The position numbers and the translations under genes were made by a program. 64,000 nt of DNA from Balanoglossus misakiensis (taxonomy: Eukaryota > Animalia > Hemichordata): NCBI GenBank assembly GCA_040954595.2, contig CM082592.2, forward strand, positions 11,627,912 to 11,691,911, written 5' to 3'. The notes under the pieces were generated by a model, which saw only the letters and a program-made list of their open reading frames with translations, was not told the DNA's origin and searched no databases. Of the stretch, positions 40,001-50,500 are shown piece after piece; position 1 is the stretch's first letter; each line of letters begins with the position of its first letter.

Positions 40001-43000
40001 ACCTTGGTGACAAAATACATAAATGTTGGGGAAAAAGTCATAAAATCCCAGTATAATACAACTTCCATTTTAATTTTCATAACGAAGATAATTCTGCAAT
40101 TACAAACACTGAGAAGTCAAAGTTGTTGCCGATATGTCATAAAAAGATAATTAGGTTTACTTTAACACTAGGTTTTATCATCGCGGTTGTAAATTTCCAT
40201 TTCTGTTGTGTGTTTCCGCGGTGATGTATGACACAATGACAGGACTAGGAACAGTTGCACGGTGGATGGGCTAATGAAAGACGACAAGTGTAGAACACTT
40301 GCAAAGCAAAAAAAGACCCAGATTGAAAGTGATCCCATGGTGAATAAACACCGCGCCAATAAACGGCCAATCACACCCGATCCTTCTGACATTGTCAGAT
40401 TGCTTATTATTTATTCATGCTTTGGCATTGTGCAGTTTTGGGGCAGTAAAATAAAAGTGCAACTTTTGATTGTCAGAGTGGCAGCCATTTTCTCCGTACT
40501 GTTGAGACTATCACTCGTGGATCAATGCTACAGTGCAGTACACAGTCTTGCCTTGGATATTATGGAAGTCATCAAGCTTGAGTCATATTGTTCTCATGAA
40601 CGGAAACATTATCTCTCATCAGAAATCTCGAACAAAACTCAGAGGTGTCTTCCAAGTTTTTAGATTTCAGGGGGATGTAAAATTGACCAATATCAGAAAA
40701 TATGAAACGCTGAACAGATTATTGTCTCGAAAACAAATCAATACCTCGGTTTCACTCTTCTGAAGACAGCACTAAACTACAGGAAATCCTGCATCATTTT
40801 ACAAAAAGTGTCTTCATTTTAATATTTTGTAGGGCTTTGCAATGAGGCTTTGTACAAAACCTTTTCTTAATACATCTGCACTGGCTGGGTTGGAAAACTG
40901 GTTTGTCATCGTGAAAAATGAGATTATATCACTAATCAAATTTTAAAAGAAAGATTCTGACAGAATAAACAGCAGGTGACGCAGTTAAAGACGAGTTACA
41001 AATGCTAATGAGGAGAATAATAATTTTTTATGACGCAAAAATTTGATATTGAATTATACTCATTTCTGCTAGTCCTGATAATAAAATCTTCTTACTGATT
41101 GTGGCTCCCATACAAATTACGTTCTGCTTGTAAGTACACAAAATTTCTAATGTATTATCTCCACTACACTCTAATCTCAAACTTATCATTTTGAACTTTG
41201 GACAATTTTTGTTGCGCAGCTCGCATTAGAATGCACAAAGGTCGTGTAAACTGAGCGATAAGGGCTGGTATCAGTTATTGAAGGCAGAGGTTTAATACCA
41301 TTTGGAATTGTTTTATCACTTGAAGTGAAAATTACCAGAATCATGCTTTGATAAGTTTTCATTTTCATACAACTCACAGATAAAAAAAAGAAACTGATAA
41401 ACAGAGGAATGATTCATCAGTAGCACGATCACATTTTAAATTTTTAACCCAATGATCATATTTTTGTTCTAATCTCCAATCTCTCAATGGTAGTTTTGGA
41501 ACGATAGACTCACAAGCAGGGGGTGAAGGGGTTAAGGAGGTGCTGTTAATCATAAAAGCACCGTCAGGAAGTATAGTTTTACTGCAATGAAATCTAACTT
41601 CCGTGTGTTCTGAGGAAACATGCTTTCTGCAATGAAACACCATAGTCTATTTTTAATGTTTGTTTTCTCAAATTGATGTACATTATTAAACGACAAGGGG
41701 AGAAGACCTTGGAGTAATTGTAATTGGGCTGAGAACAAAGTTTATCTGACCACATATTACTGTGAACATTTCAGTGGAGTTCAGACAAATTCTCGCAATA
41801 CTGCCCTCCCTGGAAGAAACCAATCCAAAAAACTGGGGAGGGAAGCACAAATGGAATGGGAGGAGCCAAAAAACTTTCCAGATAAGCCAAAACTATTTCA
41901 CCTGTAACGGAATGAAGGATTTCATTTGGCAGCACATGACAAGTCACTTGTCTGATGATAGTTTTATCTCCTCTATCAGGTGCCATTAATTATTGAAATT
42001 CTCATTTTCTCACTGCCACTGCCGTACGTCAACACACGGATGGCTACATTTAGTTTGAACTTGAAGATAACAGGTAATTAAGACATAGGATTACAAAAGA
42101 TCATTCACCTTGGAGTTTAATGAGAAAACTTAAAAGGAAAAGATTTAAATTAAGAGCCCCAGGTAGACTTTCCTGAGAAAGCATTGGTCAACTTTTGACC
42201 AGAACGTTAATTACATTTTGTGGTGTGAAATACCCACTGGCCAAATGTTCAGTTTTAGAAGAATTCTGTCATTTTGATGATGTTGTGATTCAATCATAAA
42301 GTGCATTTCATTTCATCACTTGCTTGTGTCCTTAATTATTATTATTGTTATTATTACTATTAAATCAAATGTTCATTTCCATGGGATAAACAGGATTATT
42401 ATGTTAAGTTTACAACAGTCTTTTTGGGGGGATTACAACAAACCGTCTAAATCTGAGGAGGCTATGGAAAGTTTTACTGGGGATTACATGCTTTAAGCGA
42501 CGGAGTTCGTTGCTTCCTGTGTGTATCCAGTGACGATGAGGAAACGACGCATGAATACCAGGAAAATGTTAATTTCATGGTGTATGGTGCACACATATGC
42601 TGTTTACATGACTAAATTTAGCATCGATATAAACAATGGGATGGAGACTGATCACATGGACAAAATGATCATCTCATTGAATTAGTAAAACGCAAAAGAT
42701 TCCTTCTTCACAAATATGCATTATTCAAAAACTGTTCAAATGGGAAGTGTTGACAAAGAACGCACACAAAATTAAACCGAGAGATCTTCCACTATTTCCC
42801 TGTAACAGGTTTGTGTTTTGTTCCAGCTGATTAAATTTAAAACTAGATTTCTCTCATCAGACAAAAAAAATGTGTGAAATCAAAGTTTGCTGATACACTA
42901 GCTTCACACTGTGTGTAACACCTGGGTACATTTCAAAATGAGGCAATGTCGAAACGTACAAAAATTTGCCGACGTCTCCACGAGGTGTGAAATGAAATTG

Positions 43001-43901
43001 ACATTACACTGATAAATTGATGATGGGCGCAGCCATGAAATGAATTGAGCGTTGTGTGTCGTTTGTAAATGCAGCCCTCCATTACAGAGCGAGAAGGAGA
43101 GAGAGAGAGATAAGACGCCATGGAGAAAATCGGCGATAAGCAGCGAAATAGATGATGCAGATGTGAGAAAAGTGTACTCGGGGTGGATTATGATGTTTCT
43201 GCTTGAGTGGGCACATCATCGACTGTACAACCCTTATCTGTGACTGCCAGCTCATTTATATGACGGCTGCAGATTTGGTGTGAATCGAGTGTGACAACAA
43301 CATCCAGCTTTAAGCACCGTTCATGATATTTACGCTGCCAACTCCAGACACCCGGCAGAATTGATCAGACATGGCGCAACGTTTTCGGCAAAATGTACAC
43401 GCAGTAAAACCATCCACCTGTACCTGAGTCTCTGTGTATGTTTCGTAGAGAAGTCAACCGCTATGTTAATTTCATGCATGGCTGTTCGTTCTTTCCTCGC
43501 GTTCCACTACACAGATGTACAGCTATTCACGGAACTCAAAATTTGTGACCTCAATCACCAAGGAAAATATTTTACCCTGATCAGTGATCCATTTTCCTGG
43601 AATTATGGCAAATTTTTGGGTGGCAATCACAGTCATATAGTGCTAGAAGCCCACTGCAATAACAATGCAAACCTTGGCTTTCATCAGATAAAAAACGAGC
43701 GCGGCCATCAAAATTTATGTCCCCTAATAAAGAATAATAAATAGGGGGGAATGACAACCAAAAGGGTGAAATTACTACCAGCAGCTTTACTCAATGTTCC
43801 CTTTGAGACACGACGATACGTCACCAATGATTCTTTCACAACTGCCCATTAATCAAACCTTGTTCCTTTGCCATTTTCGTAACGTGCCCGTAAAAAATAT
43901 A

Positions 43902-43918
43902 CTGCCCCCTAGTGGTCA
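43902..43918 (-). promoter_or_regulatory. CTCF core motif
   Basis: Reverse complement reads TGACCACTAGGGGGCAG, a canonical CTCF consensus, ~600 bp beyond the RBM19 stop. Confidence 0.65.
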
Positions 43919-44521
43919 AGAGAAACTAAAGGTTTTCAATCACTGGCGCTTGGGGAAAACAAACAGCGCCCCCAGTCCCATCCACGTGATAGGTGTCAAT
44001 CATTTAGTCATGACTCGGTTGTGGAAAAACGGACGTCGGAGGCGGAGATTTAATGCTGCCCCCACTCGTCATATGATAAAACCTTTCGTCTTTCATGCCC
44101 AACAGCCTGGAATCTGCTCACTTATCCTTGTTACTTCTGATCTTCACAACAGTAATGACGTCTTCTGCATGCTGCTCCATGAGACAATACGCCTTTTTCA
44201 TGAAGTGGGCACCCTTCTAAAACAAGCCGACAGCGCGGAAACGAGACCAGTTAGCCAGGGAGTAAAGTTCGAGCTCGTCTGGTTTGTTCTATATATGATT
44301 CAATATGCGTGTAAAAATTACCTTACAATAAAATAAGGTGTTGAACATCTTTTCCCAACTATAGTAACAATACACAAGACAACATCGTTTTTACTCCATA
44401 GCTTACTGGCCTCGTTTTCGCGTCATCTGGGAGGGGTGCCCTCTTTATGAAAAGGGTGTATGTCAATGTTTGCTTGTGTGTGCGGTGGGTGAGTAGGGGT
44501 TTTGATTCCACTTACTTTTTG

Positions 44522-47500
44522 TTAACTTTCATCTTTTCCACTTGTCTTCATTAAGTCTTCCATAATTGTGGATTTCTTGAACTTTTTGGCTGGTCCACCT
44601 AGGAAGAAGCAGATGTACAAGTGTTTTAAATGCAAATCATAAGGCAAAATTTGTGTGATGTGTATGTGGATTTGATGTTTCTAGTGTTTTCTTTTACACA
44701 CAATGTCACTTTTATCCATGAGCACTCAGACATTCAACATATCAGAAACAAATTGCATACCTTCTTGGAAATGAGCTGCTGTTTTCTGACGGAGAGTGTC
44801 AATGCTGTCTTCCTCTGTCTCAGCCCACTCCAAGACCAACCTTCTGCCGTACAAGTGAGTGCTGTGGCACAGGGCACTGAAAGCTCTCTGTGTGAAACAA
44901 TAAAAAGGAAAATACTTGAAGGATGTCTTGACTGAAAAGTGTCATATTCAGTTAGTTTGACACAGAATGAAAAATTCAATTAATATCATGATTGGTATAA
45001 CTGTGGTTATGCCGATAGAGGGATCTGATAGTGATTAAATTCTGTCACCTTTGCATCATGTTTGGTCAGGAAATCCACAAAGCAAAAACCTCGGTGAGTT
45101 CCAGTGCCTGCTGCTTTCTTGGGCAGACGAATTGATTTGATTTCACCAAAAGTACTGTAGACAGGAAACAAAACAACACAGAATATGTTATGTTAAATGG
45201 TCTGCTCTGTGTGTTGAGTAAAGACTGTAAATAACAAAACAACAAAACCAAATTACTCTATGATTCAATTTGTTTCAACAAAAAACTGAAAATATATATG
45301 TGTTTCACACTTACCTGAAGAGCTCCCGTATTTCTTTCTGCGTCGCTTCAAACGGTAAATTCCGCACTAAAATCTTAGTAGTTTTCTGTTTTTTGGCAAC
45401 CTGTTTCCTCTTAGAACTCTTGGGTTTGACTCTAAAATCATCATTTACAATCTTTGTATAAGAGTTTAGTTTTGAAAATGACTGACGATGGAGTGCAAGC
45501 ATTATCCAGGATTCTGTGATTCTTGGCAGTTTACGTTATGCTGGTATTTTTAAGCACACAGGGGGGGGGGGAATATACGGTTCTTAAAATTGTTAGTTTC
45601 GGGATTGTGTTTAAGAGCGGTGAACAGACATGCGTGGATTTCATGCAGCTGCTATTAATGGTTTGATGTCCACCTTAAGCGTTTAGAAAGCACACCTGTG
45701 ATCATGGTGAATTGTCCAATCAGCAGTGAGCGTCAGAAGTTCACACTATTAGCACACGAATATTAGTTGACAACCAGAAAAACCGTGGGTAAAGTTTATC
45801 ACCATGGTAACTGAATTAGTGACTGAGCACCTTTAAAGCCCAAAGCGTGCAATATTAGATGTACACTCATCACATATTAGAACGGGGTGGATGAGAAAAG
45901 GGAGATTTGCATAGGGGTTAATCTAAGTATGGGAGTAATACAATCTCACACTCCCATATTGCAAGGACCTGGGATCATATTTCTTACACGAGTCGGATAT
46001 TTTCTGTCCCACATTCGCCTGCAGCGAGTGTGGGACAAAATACCCCTGACAAGTGTAAGAAATATGATTCCAGGTCCTTGGTGTGTGAGATCATAGTTCT
46101 CACACGGTCACAAATTAGCCAAATTCGTATTAAAAACGTTGACTAAATGACTCAGGAACTGTCGTCTGACACATTGTAGTCTCTGTCCGTATAATACACA
46201 TCGCGCCATTGGATAACATTTAGCCCGCATCAACTAAAGAACGTTTTGTCATACAATCAGCGCTCGCGTCATATACAGCTTTCGATTCAGAGAGAGTGTG
46301 GGATCGATTTGTTCTCACACTCTGATCCCACACTCTCAATGTGCCAGGACTTTTGAGAAGAACGAATCCCTTCAACTTACTGAACCGTTGCTCTGTTGGA
46401 CAATTTCAGTTCCAGTTGATGATCATCAAGCATACAATGTTGCAATTCTTTTAAAGCTTTCTTGGCATCCTCTGTCTTTTTGTACTCCACAAATCCATAC
46501 CCCATTGACAGAAAATGTCCTGCAAAAGATAACACATCAATCTTTCTCATCTTTTTTAAAAGTTGACCACAGTTGAATCTGAAAATAAACACAGTACATG
46601 TATCTGTGACTGCTGCAGTTGAACATTTATTGTTTTATCTTAACTTTATCTTCTTTCTTACCTGGAGTTGTCATGTCTTTCTTCTTTGAAATAGACACAT
46701 TGCGAAGTGATCCACAGATTGAAAATTTCTGCAAATGAAGAACAAAAACTTGCCTTATTGCTTGTATTAAATCTTATGATTCAAACTGAAATATCTCTGA
46801 TAATACAACCACGTTTTTCACTCACATCTTTCAAACTTTCCTCTGTTGTATCAAAGTTGAGATTTTTCACAAATAATGTACACCCTTGCGTCGGTTCGTC
46901 TTCTGATTCGCTCGACTCCTCTGCTTGGGCTTCAGTGTCTTCTTTCTGTGGAAATCAAGAAATCTCTGAAGTGATATCCATTTCTGGTCTGTGATTTGAT
47001 GTACAATACTTCAGTCAGAATGTATCACAATGACTACTTTGTGTCAGTTACTCTGTTGAATTTTCAGTCGAACCTGTGTTAGTGGTCACCCCTATATAGT
47101 GGCCAATTTGTTACAGTCCCTGTGCAATTTACATGTGCATTAATTGACCTGTCTATAAAGGCCAGTTTAGGAAAGTCCCTTGACTGGCCACTATAGACAG
47201 ATTTCACTTTGGGGTAGGTACATATACAGTACCTCTTTATTTTCCTCCATTCCTTCCTCTCCTTTTTTCTCTTTTTCTTCAGCAGGAGTTGTGAAGACGC
47301 CCATGGGAGCCCATTCAAGATACAATGGTACGTGCTGGAACTGAAATATAAATCGAAACCCCCAGAATTTTAACAATTTTAACCTATTCATATTTCTCTA
47401 ATTATTTCTACTGTCAACATACATGTAAATCAGAAATATAATTCCCTAAAGAACCATGAACTATAGTACACATACCTTAGTGTAAGCTAACTTCCTGAAT

Positions 47501-50500
47501 CCTAATTTGGCTTCATTTGGTTCCAGATACTCAATAATTGCCGTCACTCCGGCTGGAGGAAGGAGAACCCGACCGAGCTCACCAAACTTTGAGAAGACCT
47601 CCCTCAGTTCTTCAGCTTTGGTAGACGCTGGTAAATTCTTCACTAAGATGACAGTGTTGCTTCTTGATGCTGCAGCCTGAAATTTAAAAGTTGTGATGAC
47701 CTTCTCTCACAAAAATATAACAATTCAGTAAAATGTCAACTCATCTGCAATCTTTGTTTCATTGAATGTACTGCAGTCTCAACCTATCAAGACAAGATGA
47801 TGGCCACAAATGTTGCTATGACAACTGGCATGTCTGCTCACCTGACTGAAAGAATCCAAGCTGACTTGATTGTCAAGTAGAAACTGTCTTGTCTCTGATA
47901 CAATCTGAGTCTCTCCCAGGGCAACTCTCACAGCAAGACTGCTCGAACTTTCCTGCAAGAGAAGTACAAGAAGATGCAGACTTTTTTTTCCAAGGTTACA
48001 AGGGCACCGCAGAAAGGCTTAGGATTTCCTTTCTGTCTGTCACCTGCTTCTTGAAGTGAAGTGATATGAACCTTGAAATGAAATCTGAACTTACTGTATC
48101 TAAGACTTCACTCTTGGATGTGTTATATTTCTCGGCCATTGCATCCACCACAGCGTTGGCACCAATAAATAAACTATTCCAGTTGTGGGAACTGCAAGGT
48201 ATCAACACAGACAGATTATCGATTTACAAAAATGCCACTTATATTTGCGAAATTTCTTCGGAATATTTTTGTTTATCGAATACATTTTGTGGTAACCTTA
48301 CCTTCCACTCAATGCCTTGTCTTTTGCCTGTTTCTGTTTCTTGTAAGACGATGCATCTTTCCCTGTCCCGGAATCCTCTGTCTTTTTCTCTTTGGAAGGT
48401 AAAATATGCAGCATTCTTCCCTGCAGGACAAAGAAATCCAGCAACATTTTCATGAAACACTTGGTGACAATCTAATTGTCATTTCTCAATGCATTTTTGG
48501 CTGAAATGAGAATATGAAAGTTGACAATTATTTGAGAGACGGTGGACTGCCGCAGTTTTATTCTATTCTGGTATGTTATCATATTCAATACAAACTTTCT
48601 TTTCGATGCTCACCTGAAAGACTGATCCATCTAACTCGGTGTATGCATTGACCGCATGTTCTGGCATCATGTAAGTAATAAATGCAAAGCCTTTGATTTT
48701 CTTTGTCAGCGAGTCGATGGGCAGGTACACTTCTGTCAAAGGACCTAGTAATGTAATCATCAAATTGATGTTTTCGAAACAAGTCACCGTTATTACAGAC
48801 ATTTGTTGTGGTGATTTTTATCATAATCATAATAACAAGATAAACATTGGCCAATTGCTCTAAAATGTTTCTAACAGAATGTCATGTTACCATAGTGACT
48901 GAATAAGGTGTCCAAGTCTTCTTCAGTGCAAACATATGCCAAGTTTCGGACGTACAATCTGCCACTCTGAAAAGAAAAGTGCAAAATTCATTTAAGTTTG
49001 ACTCAGCAGAAGTTTGAGTTTGATAAAATACATCAGACTCATATCACAATAACTTCACGAAAAGCTTTCTAAATGAGAAATAAAGCGTCCCTTCGAACTG
49101 AACGGAACTCGAGAAAAGAGACTGACCTCTCCAATGCTTTCCTCTTCATTTTGTCCAGCTTCTTCTGCGGCCTGAATTTTTTTTTAATTAAAGCAAGGAA
49201 TATGTATTGAAAATTCCAGTTTGATATATTTTCTATTATGAATGAGTCATATTATCATTTATTTCATTTCCAATTTGTTGAAAAATCATTGTACACGTAT
49301 ATAAAAGCTCATAAAACAAAGAGCAGACATGCTATGATTCTCACTTGAACTCTTCATGTCATTTTTGAACCATAAAAGTGAAATATGATACCTTCTTCAG
49401 CCAAGGCCTGTCATCTCCTGTCTTGACTCTGCTGGGGTCTCGGTCACTAAATGTCGTGTCTCGGATTATCTGTATACAACGACCCTCTGCGAAAAAAGGG
49501 AAAATACAGCCAGCATGAGATGTCTTCATGAATAAAATATAGACAGGATGATAACATCAGCTCAAGTATCTAGACAGGAAATCTGTCGCTGTAAGTCCAG
49601 GGAGTATTTTTGGCCTCTATCAGCAGCAGTCATCAAAAATAGCCTGGGGCAAATACTCCAGTTGGATAAGAAATCTGAAGCCTGGCTGATTTTATCTTAT
49701 CAGACTGCCAATCAATTTCACATTATCATTTATCAATATCACTAACGATGCTGTGTCTCTTTGTCCGTGTCTATTAAAGGGCCACAGCAAGTTTTGCCGA
49801 GTATCCCGTGGCAATACTGACTGAGCGGTTTCAATCCCTGAACCCTGCTCGTAAGCAACTACAAATTACCAAAAAATAACATGATCTGACTTACTCATAA
49901 AATCTTTATTTCGCTTCATTGCTTTCTGTAAATCCTCTTCTGATTTAAATTCAACAAATGCTGAACCTGGATGGGATAGACACATGAACAAAAAAAGATT
50001 ACATATTTAGATTCCATATTGTGATGACAAAAAAGAAGATGGTTATTTGTCACAAAGAAATGGTGGAATCTAACTAGACATACCTAACTTTTTCCCATTC
50101 TTGTCTGTCGGGATTCTCACTGCAGTCACTTCAATGGGTGACATGAACTCTTCGATTTCTTTCTGTATTGGCGACAAATCATGAAATATAACTGACTTAA
50201 GAAAGCAACGACAAAATGAATAGTACATCAACCAATATTTGCTTTTGCAGAAGTCCAACCAAGAAACTGTCACTGCTACAAAGAATACCAAAAATATCAG
50301 GAGGAATATTTTGATATCTAAAGTAAAAAAAGAAATGTCCCCACCTCTTGAGACGTAAATGGGATTCCTTTCATTTTGACAACAAACTCTCCTCTTGTCA
50401 AACTCACACCACTATCTTCCTGGCTTTTCTTCTTTTTCTGTAATTACGAAATAAATGGATGTGATGTCCAGTAATTACATCCTTCTTTTCATTTTATACT

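Noticed and set aside
10900-41360. About ten TCF/LEF CTTTGAT sites
   Set aside because: The count is close to chance expectation for a 7-mer at this base composition.
43361-44336. ORFs of 127 and 180 aa on the plus strand
   Set aside because: No recognisable domain and random-like composition; they overlap a CTCF motif and likely regulatory DNA. Most ORFs in 1-44 kb are similarly treated as chance.
49557-49636. Possible box C/D snoRNA in an RBM19 intron (minus-strand TGATGA ... CTGA)
   Set aside because: The C box lacks the leading purine, there is no terminal stem, and I recognise no rRNA-complementary guide.
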